A stretch of DNA of 63,295 bases, counting the filler, from Octopus bimaculoides (taxonomy: Eukaryota): the NCBI RefSeq assembly GCF_001194135.2. It is 6 parts of 6 records of this genome, joined end to end, with 100 filler letters (N's around TTAATTAATTAA, not from the genome) between each part and the next. Parts side by side here need not be neighbours in the genome. Positions count along the whole stretch, not along the records: positions 38,372 to 52,595 come from NC_068994.1; positions 52,696 to 59,873 come from NC_069005.1; 4 more parts are not named here. One strand, 5' to 3'. Of this stretch, positions 39,186 through 53,539 are shown piece after piece; positions within the stretch are counted from its first letter, which is position 1, and each line of letters starts with the position of its first letter. Both the position numbers and the translations under genes were made by a program. The notes under the pieces are model-generated. The model did not search any database and was not told the DNA's origin. It saw only the letters and a list, made by a program, of their open reading frames with translations.

Positions 39186-39238
39186 AAAATTACAAATTTC
39201 GTAATTATCTGTCAATATTTCTGTAACGTTGATGGTAC

Positions 39239-39273
39239 CTGCTCTACTAAATGATGATGCTCTTTCCAAGATA
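39239..39273 (-). CDS. Candidate 35-nt exon (ISWKEHHHLVEQ in phase 1)
   Basis: ttattcaatag / G|gtacca. Phase-compatible with 49588-49615 and 34398-34461. Weak. Confidence 0.2.
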
Positions 39274-39395
39274 CTATTGAATAACATAAATATACAAACA
39301 CACGCACACACAGAGACATGTATGTTCCCGCGTATATGTATAAATATACATGTATATGTGTGAATATATATATATATTTATATATATATGTGCAT

Positions 39396-39445
<50 letters not shown>

Positions 39446-39460
39446 TTGTAAATATGCATA

Positions 39461-39538
<78 letters not shown>

Positions 39539-40781
39539 TATATATATGCGTGCGTGTGCGCATGTATGTATGTATATATATATATATATGTCTGTGCGAG
39601 TGTGTAGTTATAAATATATTAATATATTTATAAATAATACGATAACGAAAGAACAGCTGCAAAGTTCTCCATCATTTCATTCATGAAAAAAAAAAAAGAA
39701 ATAAATGAGATACATAAGAAATAAATAATAGTAAATGATAATTATGGCTGCTTAAATGAAATACTACTGTTTTATTCATAAGTTTTTGAAAAAACATAAT
39801 TCATATTTATTTACAATCAGAATCTGTTAATTAGTGCCTGAGGCGTAACTACGCAGCAGAAGGTTTCGAAAATCTTACTATCTTAATTCGAGAAGCATTT
39901 TCAATGATTCTTCCCGAAGTTATGCCATATCTTGAACAACTGAGATTATTATTATTTTACTACATTTTAAATCTCATTATAAACAAATAAATTCTGAAAT
40001 CTAAGGACATATATTAAGTTTAATATGTTTTGTTGTTAAGTTTCCAATTTTCAGTTCATGCAAGCCTGTGATTAAAGTTCCGAACGTGAACGTTCCTTAA
40101 TTTTCCAGAAACAACGGTCTATGCTTCTCAATATTTTGTAAGATAATGAGTAAGAATTAAGAACTTCGGTGTTACGAATGGTGGCTGTCGTAAAGTCATG
40201 TGAAGGGAGTATCTTTCGCTACAAAGATGATGTCTGGGGTATTTGCAAAAAGAAATAAATCTTCAGGATCCTCATAATATTTTGTCCATCAAGCTTTTCA
40301 TTAAAATATCAAAACATGTCGTAATGTTTTCAGCTGCTATAATATCGAATAATCACTCATCATATAGTTGGAAGTATGAGATGTTTTTAAAATGTCGCCC
40401 TGAATATATTGAATGCGACCGTGGTATAAATATTTACATCCTCATTGTATGAAGAAGTCATATCTCCGAAACGTTACATATAAAACATAATCTTCACGGA
40501 AAATTAGCTCACTGTAATAAAGTATCTATGAATTATAATAACTTAAATATCGACGCCGAATTTCACGACCTACATTGAATTTCAAATTTTACAATTTTAA
40601 AAGCAGTGGTGTTCTCTGTCTAATATTTTAACTTCATCCCAGAGGGGGAGATGGTCTCCATTTTTCCATTCACGATCAGCTATACCCGATTTATCAATAT
40701 CTCTACGTGTGACAACTTTGCGATGTTCCTCTACCCTTATTTTGAGGGGGTGACATGTTTCGCCTTTGTATAACCTACCAC

Positions 40782-40867
40782 AGATGAGGACAAATATCCG
40801 TCAAATATAATGTAAATATTGTAAATAACGTTTATAATTCCTCATCTCTTAAATATACAACTGTATT
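40782..40867 (+). mobile_element. Solo PLE pLTR tail fragment
   Basis: AGATGAGGACAAATATCCGTCAAAT...GTAAATATTGTAAATAA...ATTCCTCATCTC matches 7893-7940 and the reverse complement of 6262-6314. Confidence 0.75.
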
Positions 40868-41604
40868 ACCTTGTGATTAGTTCAAATGCAACAAGGCCTA
40901 CTTAGCTTTCTTTTCATCCATCTCGGGGTTGGGTTTATGGAATATAAATAAAAATAAGTATTGAATACTGAGCTGTGATGTTGAGTAGGTTAATATCACA
41001 CTTTCCACAAAGAAAATGTATGACTGAGTTCCAAGCGATATATAATTAGGCAACATGATGAAACAACAACAGGAACAAACTGAATTTAATAAACATGTTA
41101 ATGAATGTATATATAGAAACAGGCAAATATACATAGATTCATAGAAATTCTCTATTCTGTTTCTTTTCTTTCAAATTTTTAAATTGAAATTTCAAAAAGC
41201 GTGTAAACCATAGTAATACAAAAGTTTATTGGATAAAAAAAAATTCGAATAGAAATCGGAGTGAAGTTTACAAAATTTACATTAAAAAATACCAAAAAAA
41301 AACAACAAAAAAAACAAAAAAAAAACATGCATACACAACAACACAGACGCATACACAGACAAATGCACTCAGTAATAGAGACAATCATTCACTTACACAG
41401 AGAAATAATATTTCGAAAATAAATAGAAAAATAATAATATTTTTCAAATTTGGCAAAAAATAAATAAAATTGCATGACCATATTAATTAATTCTTGACAG
41501 GAAACTGATTTATAATGAGAAAATTTTAGAAACTTTTCTTTCCAAAAATACGAATAAATCAAAACACTCATACACAAATATCTGATTGATGAATTCGTGG
41601 ATAT

Positions 41605-41643
<39 letters not shown>

Positions 41644-42944
41644 NNNNNNNNNNATACATATATATATATATATATATGAATATATCGATATGTGTGTATA
41701 TATGCATATATATATGTGTATATATATATATGTATATATTACATAATATACATAGTCAATGTATGTCTACGTATATATATATATGTGTGTGTTTGAATGT
41801 GTGTGTATGAGTCTGTATGTGTTTATATATATGTGAGTAGGACTACATACATGCACGCGCGTATACATATTCAAACATCCACGTTGATGCATGAGTAATG
41901 AGGTCCGTCTCCACCAATACCCCATCCTCTTCCATCTTTAAAACTAGGAACTCTCCAGGATTTAGGTGAATTTTCTTATGTCCTTTGATGTGATAAACAC
42001 AGAAGCGCTCACGTGCATATGCAATTCCTTAACACATATCCCTGTACACGAATATGAATAAATAATCTCTCTTATTTTGATATTAATATATAAATACATA
42101 AACTCGAATACACACACACACATATATATATATATCTACATATACATACATATACGTGTGTCTGTGTCTGTGTGTGTATCCTTTCTCAAACGCACGTATA
42201 CCGTCTTCGTACAGGCAGAATATCAACCAGCATAACTTCAAATCCAAGAGGAAATAGAGAGGAAAAATAAATACATAACGAGAAAATCAACATAATACCA
42301 ACTGTACCAATAAATGAACGACTAACATACATAGTCACACATTTATCACTATCATCTGCAGACACATAAATATACGTACGCAAAACACAGTCACATACAA
42401 GATACACATGGCACTAAACCAGAGGAAATGAATATATATATATATATATATATATATAAGCAAATAACTATTTCATTGCTTGCAAAAACAACTGGATAGA
42501 AACCATACTATTAGACAATAAATCGGAAGCCTCGAAATTGCTCACAAACTGATATCCTGTCGGTTGGTGACTCTAAGTGTTAGCACAAATGACCATTTTA
42601 ATTTGGTTTTTAGTTTCGTTTCCAACATGTCTGTTATCGTGTTCTATTACTATTGACAGCTGAGGGGGGATTTGTTTAATCACGGAAGGCCGATCATTTT
42701 TCACTTCACGTGTCATACTTCAGTTTTTATTATTATTATTATTATTTCTTTGTTTCTGCTTTCGTCCCACCCGTCAACATTTCTTTCTTAAAATATAATC
42801 GCCGATTTCTTTACAATCACAACTGTCCACCACTAAAAATAGAGATAATAACACCAGTATACAGCATCTAAATCAATGACGAAGGCGACAATAAAAACTA
42901 TAATAATAATAATGATGATGATGATGATGATAATAATAATAATC

Positions 42945-43135
42945 CTTTCTTATACAGGCACAAAGAACGGCGTTCAGAGTGACAGGACACTACAATCATG
43001 CCCATAGTCAACTGGTACATGTTTCATCGACCCCGGAAGACGAATTCGGTAGAATTAGAACTGGGATCATAACGATGGAGGAAATAACGCTAAGCAGTTT
43101 CCCCAGCATGCCATAACGATTCTGACAGCTCACTG
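42945..43135 (-). mobile_element. tRNA-derived SINE (second family), diverged
   Basis: CATCGACCCCGGAAG...AACGCTAAGCAG...GATTCTGACAGCTCACTGC. Confidence 0.65.
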
Positions 43136-43137
43136 CT

Positions 43138-43193
<56 letters not shown>

Positions 43194-43199
43194 GATGCA

Positions 43200-43465
43200 A
43201 TACCAGCCAAACTGGCTCTCATGGCTTCTGATCTTAACTGATTGGAAGTGTTATCACGTACATTGTTTTATCTTGGTATGAAAGATGGGCGACAGCAAAT
43301 ATTCTGCTCAATATCACAAATTTGCCTTTCAGTTTCTGTCTACCAAATCCACTCACAAGGCCCGAGGCTATATCAGAAGGCACTTGACCAAGGTGCCACG
43401 TAGTGGGACTGCACCCGGAATCATTTGGTTGGTAAGCAAGCTACTTACACACAGCCACTCCTGCG

Positions 43466-43468
<3 letters not shown>
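43200..43468 (-). mobile_element. CORE-head SINE with an alternative 3' tail
   Basis: Head and CORE match the 15350 family up to GAAACTGAAAG, then an unrelated tail ends near an (ATT)n tract. Confidence 0.75.
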
Positions 43469-43509
<41 letters not shown>

Positions 43510-44018
43510 TATACATAGATAGAAGATAGATATAAATGTAATATATAAAACATACACTCATATTAATCTGTATATGTGTGTGCTTATGCAAGTGTGTGTG
43601 TGTGTGTATAGGAGGGTGCGTGTCAAGGAAATTTTTACACATTCCTGCAGGAATCGAATTTCTTGTTTACGTTAATTCATACTAATCACTAGACCAATTT
43701 TAAATGCATCAGTCCTAACGAGAGGCCCAAACTAAGCAGGCTACAATTCCTAATATTAGCCATGCTAACAAGAAACATTGTCTACGAGGGATCAGTGTAT
43801 GATTTGGACTATATCTAATATCGGAGAAAACGAGAAGAAAGAAGCACTAAATGAGATATAGATTGTTAGCTAAGGAAAAAGGAAACGGGTGATGCCATAA
43901 AAGGTAATATAATTTCCTTAAGGAATAATGTAGGATAGTAAACTAAATTCTATGTAGATATATAGGCATCATAAAATATACATGAATATACATTATATTA
44001 TTTAAAAATATATATAAA

Positions 44019-44048
<30 letters not shown>

Positions 44049-44052
<4 letters not shown>

Positions 44053-44213
44053 TCAATCGCAGAAGCCTGAACAGGATAAACTATCCCTATTTTGCAGAGA
44101 AAAGTGTAGGTGACTACTGTGTCTACAGCTAGTCACCTACACTTTTCTCTGCAAAATAGGGATAGTTTATCCTGTTCAGGCTATATTATTAGCATTATTC
44201 TGCGATTGAGAAT
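44049..44213. repeat. Long near-perfect palindrome (53-bp perfect arms + 16-bp outer arms)
   Basis: 44064-44116 pairs exactly with 44130-44182; 44049-44064 pairs with 44198-44213; 15-nt one-sided bulge. Confidence 0.95.
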
Positions 44214-44303
44214 TTAAAAAATTTCTTTAACTTTCTAAAAAAGACATCTCAACGCTTCTAAAAGCAAGCTTCACTTGTTTATTTACGTTTGTCGCAATTT
44301 GAA

Positions 44304-44347
<44 letters not shown>

Positions 44348-44552
44348 TATTAATAATACGCGTGTCAGCATCGTAAATTTTTATCAGGCATTAATTTTTA
44401 AATATATTAGCTATTATATGACATTACACGTGTCTGTGAATATATATTTCTCTGTGTGTGTGTATGTGTGTGTGTGTGTGTGTGTGTTTGCGTGTGGATG
44501 GATACCAATAAACAATTACCAAAGCGAAGTGTCCAGTAGATAAGACCATGAT

Positions 44553-44619
<67 letters not shown>

Positions 44620-45723
44620 TAGAAAGAGAGAAAGACAATGATGTCACATTTTAATACATGCGTTGGTGGAGATATTAAGATGTGATGTGAGAGAAACAGA
44701 GCCGGAAATAAAGAGATAAAGATACTCATTAAAGAATTCAGTGATTGAGTTTGTTATTGATAGGGTATCACCGAAGATATAGTCTTCAGTAAGTGACATT
44801 AAAAGTCAAAGTTCCACACATTCGAAGAGAATATGACTATATTGTTTAATAAATGTTCCATCTTTCAACATCAGGTCAGAGTGGCTATCCGTTTATCGAC
44901 GTAAACCAAAATATTTGTCAAGCGATGTTGAATTATCTAACGGGTGGGGGAATTACTAGTTACGTAATATCAGACTCTAAAAATATCAAAAATTCTTCTT
45001 TTCTCAACGTGAGTAAATCATTCGTTATTTCTGCAATCATATATCAAAATGTCAAGCAAGCGAACGTCTAAAAGCTTTATATAAAATTTCCCCAACAAAA
45101 CATCAAAACTATTCGCAATTCTAACGTGATTATGCAAGGATTCGTATAATTTATTTCAAGTAAAAATATAAAACAGAGATTTATTTATTCAATGCCAATC
45201 TCTGTAAACTTCATGTTAAAATCATATTTGTACATTGGAAGCCGCTTATTATCATTAGGGATAACGCTAAGCATTAGCTTTTGTTATGAAAATTATGACA
45301 TTTCTAAAGCTCTTTACTTAAGGTAATTAAATTTTTTCCGGTTATAGGAAGCAAATATTAGGATTTTATCAAAATTTTGAATAAACTGCTGCAAAACCTG
45401 TTACAGAGATCCCGACAAAGATGAAAAGTAGGGCATGAGGAGGTAGAGTGACGTGCTGGTGCTAATGTTGGTGGTAGTACTGGTGGTTATGGTGGTGTGG
45501 TGGTGGTGGAATCGTATGTTAGTGTTGCGACTGGTTGTAATGATTTGTTTGTTTTGGTTGTTGTGGCTCATAAAGTTGGTGTCTTCTCTATGTGTGTATG
45601 TATATTTGTACACACACATGCACACGCATACACACACACACACACACACACGCTGGAGCACACGCACACGTAGTCACGCATACTAACACACACAAATTTA
45701 TAGATAGATATACTACATATATA

Positions 45724-45780
<57 letters not shown>

Positions 45781-47159
45781 GTATATGGATCTACAAATAT
45801 ATATGTATCAGTGTGTCCGTTTATGAATCAGTGTCTATATATACGCACTCACGTATACATGTATGTATATATATATATATATATGCATATAATCATATAT
45901 ATGCATACAAATATGTATATATATATATATATATATATACACATACATACATACATACATATATATATATATAAATATATATATACACACATGTATACAC
46001 ATACGCGCACGTACGCGAGCATAGCACACACACACACACACACACACATAAACAAACAATCATGTGGCCTACACGTTTAAGTTCTTGTGTTTTATACGTG
46101 TATGTGTGTGTGTGTCTATGACTCTCACGGTCGCGCATGTATTCGTATGTATGCGTGTGAATACGTACTTATGTTTATATGTGCGTTTACAAACGTTAAA
46201 AATCAACCATCCCAACGAGAGGAAAACAAACAAGAAAAAAAAGACAGAAATATAGAAAAGTGAAAGAAACAAAAGGAAGCAAAAAAAAAAAACAAACCGA
46301 CCGATTTGTCGGACCATTAATCAACTATTACGTAACAGACCATAGATCAAAAATAACAATGTTCTGTTATATATATATACATATATATATAGATATATAT
46401 AGATATATGTGTGTTTGTGTGTATATGTATATATATGCATATCTATCTATCTATATATATAAATATATATATAATACACACACGCATATATTTGATTAAT
46501 TTATTGACTGCAATACAGTAGACGCTATGGTGAAGAAAACAAAATTGAAATAACAGATACGATAAGAGATAACCGAAATAGCAAAATGGAGGAGCAACAG
46601 TTACTATTAGTCTAAACAAAATCTCGAATACAGTTCCCATAACTGCATACACGGTGAGGAAAAAATCACGTTTGAGAAAAAAAATTCCTAATTCACAAAT
46701 TCGTAATCGTAACTCATCTATAAATTTTCGCTTTCTAAGCTTTATCGTTAATAAATAATTCAATGACATTTGTGTTAGTAATCCATAGTTTTTTTTATGT
46801 TGTTGTTCTAGTTGTTGTTGTTGTAGTTCATGTTGTTGTTGTTGTTGCTGCTTTTACAGTTATGATCGTCATCATTTTCTCCATTTTCTTTAGCTAGTCA
46901 GAACTAAATGGAGGTTATATACTTCACTAAATTTCTGTCATTTGGACTTCAGACATGCTGAAGCATCGCATTGAAGGCACGGGAGACCAGTACATTTTTT
47001 TCAGTTTCTTTTTAAGTTTGGAATATCTTCTAACTTTTCTCTTTTTTTTCCGCAACACAATATTACGGAACATAACCAAACCAGCGTCGGCTTGTAGAGA
47101 AGAAGAAACACACACACAAACATATTTTTTCGTTTATCTTCCACTTGTTTCAATCATTG

Positions 47160-47520
47160 AGCTGCGGTCATGCTGGGGCACCGCCTGGAAAGATTTTAGT
47201 GTAACAAATCGATCCCAGTGCTTTTTTTAAATTCTCATGCCGAAATACTAATTTACTGGGACATAAAGAAAAAACACTGGCTGTCAAGCCCCGGTTGAAC
47301 AAACAAGTAGAAACACACATACACAAGCATAGATACACACACACTATATAGACACACAGACTACAGGCTTCCACACAGTCTCCATGTACCAGATTCAGTC
47401 ACAATGAATTAGTCGATCCGGAGCTATAGTAGAAGACACTTTTCCAAAGTACCACGCAGTGGAATCGAACCCGAAACCAAGTTGTTGCAAAACAAATTGT
47501 TAACCACACAGTCCTCTCTG
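47160..47520 (-). mobile_element. CORE-type SINE, near full length
   Basis: CATGCTGGGGCACCGCC tail through CTATAGTAGAAGACACT...CCACGCAGTGGAATCGAACCC head. Confidence 0.8.
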
Positions 47521-48431
47521 CTCTCACAAATAATCCATCCATTTGAAGCAGAGAGTTGGCAACGCTTTTAATGCGATTTACTGGAACGCTTTGTTATTTT
47601 TTCTGGCATTTCAATGCTGCCAAGATTAACTTAGTCTTTTACTATTTTGGGAATCTTAAAGAAAATAACTGTCTAGTATAGAGATATATTCTTCCTTTCT
47701 TCTCACCTAAAGAAATCTGCTGTGTCAGATTTAGAGAAAGATGTACACACCAGGGCAAAAATGCCTGAATTATGAAAACATCTCTACCCCTTGATTAGCA
47801 GTTGATTACTATGTCTAACACGAATGCTTTTTATGTGATTAAGGATTAAGCAATGACTGCTATAAGGAAATCTTAACCGTGTTTAGTCGATCACTCACTA
47901 GAAAACTCACGTCCTGCCCCATCATTAACTAATTTCACCGTGGAATATCTATTATTATAACCACGCGAAGGCCAGCAAATAACTTTGATAGTAAACCCAA
48001 ATTCATTGGCAGCAATACACTTGCCAACACTCTAGTACACGTACTTTCCGCATTTTGCTTACAGACCTGGAATTACAACTACTGTACCTGTATCTACATA
48101 TCCAGACTCACACGAAAATCGGTCCTGGCTTTTGTTGTTGTCTAAACATCTGTCAACCGAAATGCCCTGCTGTGGTGACTACTTTGAATATTCCTTATTT
48201 TTCACAAATGTCCTGTATTTCTTCTTTTAATATTGAGATTCAAAGGCAGGGGCGAATTATGTCTACGTAATCTACAAAAGAAAAAAACTGCCTTTTATGT
48301 ATAGTAACCAGAGGAACCTTCATAATTTAGGCGCATATTTTGCCATGAACGGAAAATGTGGCTATCGATTTATTTTACTCAGGGTAAGCACTGCCTATCT
48401 TGCTTGTCCAGGCGGCACGTCCCTGATACAT

Positions 48432-48820
48432 TTGTTGTTGTTGGCACTCCGTCGCTTACGACGTTGAGGGTTCCAGTTGATCCGATCAACGGAACAGCCT
48501 GCTCGTGAAATTAACGTGCAAGTGGCTGAGCACTCCACACACACGTGTACCCTTAACGTAATTCTCGGGGATATTCAGCGTGACACAGTGTGACAAGGCT
48601 GACCCTTTGAAATACAGGCACAACAGAAACAGGAAGAAAGAGTGAGAGAAAGTTGTGGTGGAAGAGTACAGCATGGTTCGCCACCATTCCCTGCAGGAAC
48701 CTCGTGGAACTTTAGGTGTTTTCGCTCAAGAAATACTCACAACACCCGGTCTGGGAACCGAAACCGCGATCCTATGACCGCGAGTCCGCTGCCCTAATCA
48801 CTGGGCCATTGCCTCTCCAC
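48432..48820 (-). mobile_element. Full-length tRNA-derived SINE (third family) with 12-bp TSD
   Basis: Head GTGGAGAGGCAATGGCCCAGTGATTAG...GGTTTCGGTTCC, (CAA)n tail, and TSD TCCCTGATACAT at 48420-48431 and 48821-48832. Confidence 0.9.
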
Positions 48821-49587
48821 TCCCTGATACATACACACACACTAACACGCACACACATATATATATGTAAATCTGTGTGTCAAGCAAATATATAAATTGC
48901 AATTCGTGTCGTTGCTAGTTTCGTTGTTTTGTTTTCTATATTGAATATTGTTGCTAACAACCGAAGGTTAAACACTTTATATTTGTTTTATAGAAAAAAT
49001 ATATTGTTGATTGATACTATAGATAGTCTAAAGAAGACTATGTACGTATCTAACTTATTTCCAAATATCTTCACTTCACTCAACATGTCTACTCACCTCT
49101 CCAGCATCAACAGAGTGTCATTGTTATCTTTCTTTCTTTATTTATTTCAATGAAATCTTTGAGGAAGAATTTATTCAAGAACAAAACATAAAAAAATACC
49201 CCTCCCCCCACCAAAACAAAAGTGCATGATATACATCAAATCAGAAAGCGAGTGATTACGTCACGTCCTGTTCCGGTGCTTCTACACATTGTATTAAAAT
49301 GGATTGAACTTGCTCATACGTCAGTCATGATAGAATTGTAAACTAAGAAATAATCTGTCACACTTCGCTTACATCCTACTACAAGCATGAAATAAACAAA
49401 CTTTTGTATCCTTATTCCTTTAACTATTGAACTTCGTTCTCATTTCTGCAGTTCATGAACGTCACTTTGATTTAAATTTAATTATTCAAATACATATGAA
49501 TCCAATGATAATTACCCCGACTAATTTTTTATTTGTTTTGTAACAGGATTTCATTTACATACATAGAGAAAGATTAAAAATACTTAC

Positions 49588-49615
49588 TCCTCATCCGGAT
49601 GTCTATCTGTTCATG
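49588..49615 (-). CDS. Candidate 28-nt exon (HEQIDIRMR)
   Basis: ttccttttgttataag / A|gtaagtat; only phase 0 is open. Weak. Confidence 0.2.
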
Positions 49616-49974
49616 CTTATAACAAAAGGAATATTTAGGAAACTATATTGCGTGTCTTGTACAGAAAAATTTCAATATCGAAAGAACAAAAACAATATTT
49701 CATTTCGTTATTCAGAATATCTATTTATTTTTGCAGAAACCAATAGTGTCACTAATAGAACGATCACCTGTCAAGCAACAGGTGTGTGATTCATTCTTCA
49801 AAGAGAAATCTCTTCTTTCTTATTAAGCTAGTGCTTCAGACGCCGTGTCGGTATGTGTGCCATAATGTTTGTGTTAGTTCCACCTCCCCACCGAATAAGC
49901 ACTGTTATCAGTTTGTCGATGTCCCCTTAACATAGAAGTTCATTTAACCAGTTATTATTAGTAATATGTTGGAT

Positions 49975-50110
49975 AGCAGTGAGCTATCAGGATCGCCAGC
50001 GCACCGGACGAAACGCTTAGCGGCATTTCGTCCGTCTTTACGTTGAGTTCAAATTCCGCCTAGATCGACTTTGTCTTTCGTCATTTCAGGGTCGATGAAT
50101 TAAGTACCAG
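49975..50110 (+). mobile_element. tRNA-derived SINE (second family)
   Basis: GCAGTGAGCT...GAGTTCAAATTCCGCC...GGGTCGATGAATTAAGTACCAG. Confidence 0.8.
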
Positions 50111-50129
50111 GGGGGAAAAAAGAGTCAGC

Positions 50130-50270
50130 AGAAGTTCGCCATTACCTTCTGCCGGAGCCGCGTGAAGCTTAGGCGCTTCGCTCATAAACACATCACCTGG
50201 TCTGAGATTCGAACCCACGATGCCTCGACCGCGAGTCCGTTGCTCTAACCACTAGGCCATCTGCCTCCAC
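50130..50270 (-). mobile_element. SINE head (third family)
   Basis: Matches 48680-48820: GATTCGAACCC...GACCGCGAGTCCG...CCACTAGGCC. Confidence 0.75.
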
Positions 50271-50332
50271 TTATAACTACCAATAAATCTATGACAACAT
50301 CAACAACAATAACGGCAACAGTTAGTCTTTTT

Positions 50333-50537
50333 ACTCTACTCTTTTACTTGTTTCAGTCATTTGATTGTGGCCATGCTGGAGCACCACCTTTTTAGTCGAG
50401 TAAATCGACCCCAGAACTTATTCTTTGTAAGCCTAGTACTTATTCTATTGCTTTTTGGCCGAACCGCTAAGTTACGGGGACGTAAACACACCAGCATCGG
50501 TTGTCAAGCGATGTTGGGGGGACAAACACAGACACAA

Positions 50538-50578
<41 letters not shown>

Positions 50579-50842
50579 NNNNNNNNNNNNNNNNNNNNNN
50601 NNNNNNNNNNNNNNNNNNNNNNNNNNNNNNNNNNNNNNNNNNNNNNNNNNNNNNNNNNNNNNNNNNNNNNNNNNNNNNNNNNNNNNNNNNNNNNNNNNNN
50701 NNNNNNNNNNNNNNNNNNNNNNNNNNNNNNNNNNNNNNNNNNNNNNNNNNNNNNNNNNNNNNNNNNNNNNNNNNNNNNNNNNNNNNNNNNNNNNNNNNNN
50801 NNNNNNNNNNNNNNNNNNNCTTACCACACAGCCACTCCTGCG
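50333..50842 (-). mobile_element. CORE-type SINE spanning a gap in its internal microsatellite
   Basis: Tail CTTTTACTTGTTTCAGTCATTTG...CATGCTGGAGCACCACC, body, (CA)/(TA) gap, then head end CTTACCACACAGCCACTCCTGCG. Confidence 0.8.
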
Positions 50843-51118
50843 AATATTTTTTCTTTTTAATGAGAACTCAGCTGCATAATGATGAGTACGACTGAGTTTA
50901 TGTGACTAAATATATTTGCATAATTTATTGATTAACAACCTAATTAAAATTGCTATCGTACGTTGATGATTTGTGCAACGTAATTATAGTTAACTAAGAA
51001 GGATTCCCCTGCTATGAATATAAATAAAAGAAATACAAGAAAAATGAAATGAAAGAAGGTAAGAATGAATAGGGCGAAACGAAAGATGGAAGAAAAGAAA
51101 ACAGGAAGCCTGTTCGTG

Positions 51119-51171
<53 letters not shown>

Positions 51172-51649
51172 CTGTGAATTTTTTTTTGTCTGCATGTGTT
51201 TGTGTGTTTGTTTGTATGTAGGTATGTGCATAGGTGTGTGTGTGTGGGTTGCGTGCTTATGTATGAAAGGGTGTAGTCGTCTAGGTACATGTGTGTGTAT
51301 TCGTGTGTGAACGTGTGTGTGTGTATCTTCCAACTAAGTGTATTGTGTGGTTATGTATGGAAGTGTGGAGTCGTCTAGTTATATGCGCGTGTGTGAATGT
51401 GTGCGTGTGCGTGCGTATGTGTATGCGTGTGTGTGTGAATGTGTGTGTGTGTGTGTGCGTGTATGTGTATCTTCCGAGTAAGTGTGTTGTGTGGTTGTGT
51501 ATGTAAACGTCTAGGTATATGTGTGTGTATGCATGTGTGGGATTGTGTGTGTGTGTGTGTGTGTGAATGTGTGTGTGTGTGTTGTGTGCAGCAGAAAAAA
51601 ACAAAACAATTGTGTCGCAAACACGGAGCAAAGACAATTAAAAGAGAAA

Positions 51650-52085
51650 TATATGATGGTGATGGTGACGACGACGATGATGATGATGATGAAGACGATG
51701 AGGAGGATGAGGACGATGAGGTGAATGATGAGGATGAATGCACAAACAAAAAGACAGGAAAGAATGGAAGGCGTGAAGAAGAAGGAGAAAGAAACAGTAG
51801 TATAATAATAATAATGATAATAATAATAATAGTAATAGGAAGAAGAAAAAAGGAGAAAAAGGAAAAGAAGAGATGGACAAAGAGAAAAAGAGTGAGGAGG
51901 AGGGAGAGCGGAAGGAGGCGGTGGAAAAGTTGATTGAAAAAAGAAGAGAAAATAAGAGGTGGAAGAAGAAAAAATTAGGAAGGAGAAAAATGAATGAAGA
52001 GCAGACGAAGACGAAGAAGAAGAAGAAGAAAAAGAAGAAGAAAGGAAGGAAGGAAGGAAGAAGGTGGAGTAGGAAGCGTACGTAG
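51650..52085. repeat. Purine-rich low-complexity tract (GAT/GAC/GAG/AAT/GAA repeats)
   Basis: Read directly. Confidence 0.9.
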
Positions 52086-52329
52086 GTAGAGAATGTCAAC
52101 TGAAATAGTTTGATTAATTTAAACATTTTCGAAATTGATCAAGGAGAAAATTAGGAACCAAGTAATTTAAATAAACAAAATAACAACAACAGCAAAATAA
52201 CAACAACAACAAAAAAATTAACCAATAAAAATAAAAACTGAAAGGGAATAGACAATAGGAGCAGCAGCAGCAACAAAAAGAAAGAAGAAAGGAAAAACAA
52301 AAAATCCATCTTTGTATGTTTGTGTTATA

Positions 52330-52595
52330 TATACACATACATATACATACATACATATATATATGCATATATATATATATGTATATACGTAAGTATATGT
52401 ATATATATACATAAGTATATGTATATATATATATATATATACATAAGTATATGTATATATATATATATATATACATACATAAGTATATGTATATATATAT
52501 ATATATACATAATTATATGTATATATATATATATACATAATTATATGTATATATATATATATATATACATAATTATATGTGTATATATATATATA
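52330..52595. repeat. (TA)n tract periodically interrupted by ACATAA(G/T)TATATGT
   Basis: About six copies of the interruption with variable TA spacing. Confidence 0.85.
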
Positions 52596-52695
52596 NNNNN
52601 NNNNNNNNNNNNNNNNNNNNNNNNNNNNNNNNNNNNNNNTTAATTAATTAANNNNNNNNNNNNNNNNNNNNNNNNNNNNNNNNNNNNNNNNNNNN
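52596..52695. other. Assembly spacer (44 N + TTAATTAATTAA + 44 N)
   Basis: As at 23244. Confidence 0.95.
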
Positions 52696-52741
<46 letters not shown>

Positions 52742-52754
52742 ATGTATATATACG

Positions 52755-52787
<33 letters not shown>

Positions 52788-52863
52788 ATGTGTGTGTATG
52801 TGTATGTATATATATTGCAAAATCATACACTGGCATACACACACACTTACAAATATATGTGAG

Positions 52864-52911
<48 letters not shown>

Positions 52912-53539
52912 CGATTAATATTGTTCTTTAGATCAATAATCACTGAATAGAGCAATTCTACATTAGTTATAGTAGAGTAAGTTCGATTTATAGAAATGTT
53001 CTGTTAAGAAGCCTACATCTTCTTAAGATCCGTCGGCTTCTCAGACAAACTGGCTATTGGTTCGAGTCAATTGGACTGCATTGACACCAAAATCAGTGTA
53101 TGACTTTACGAAAAAGATTAACCGCAGGTGTTTTAAATAGTCTTTGTGGTGATAGGATTTAACCTTTATAAAGGGAGATAAATCATGAGCATCACGTTTT
53201 TTCGGTATTGTTATAAAAATTAATAGAATGGGATGAGATGGAGAATTCGTGTGACTCTACAACGAAGTATTTGTGTGAAAGAAGTGTGAAATACCTAAGA
53301 TATTGAAGTAAATGTTGGCGTGATGGTTTTTTATAAAATATTTAGTGAATTTTCCATAAAATATTTACTGATACGTTAAGGAATTATAGCGCAATTTGAA
53401 CGTGATTTGTACATAAATACAAAGCACTAACATACACGCACACAGTTTCACAGCAAAATATACACGCATACAGACATATCTAAACACACATATATGTACA
53501 TGCAAATGCAAAAATATAAAAACACTGGATATCGGTTTC

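Noticed and set aside
44768-44790. CCGAAGA-TATAG-TCTTCAG resembling an HHR core
   Set aside because: Only a short imperfect palindrome; no GAAA or stem III.
49096-49160. Strong AG|gtgagt donor on the minus strand
   Set aside because: All frames from the best upstream acceptor contain stops; cannot be supported as coding.
51439-52126. Acidic/basic low-complexity ORFs on both strands
   Set aside because: Composite of TG, GAT and GAA repeats, with no splice or domain support.
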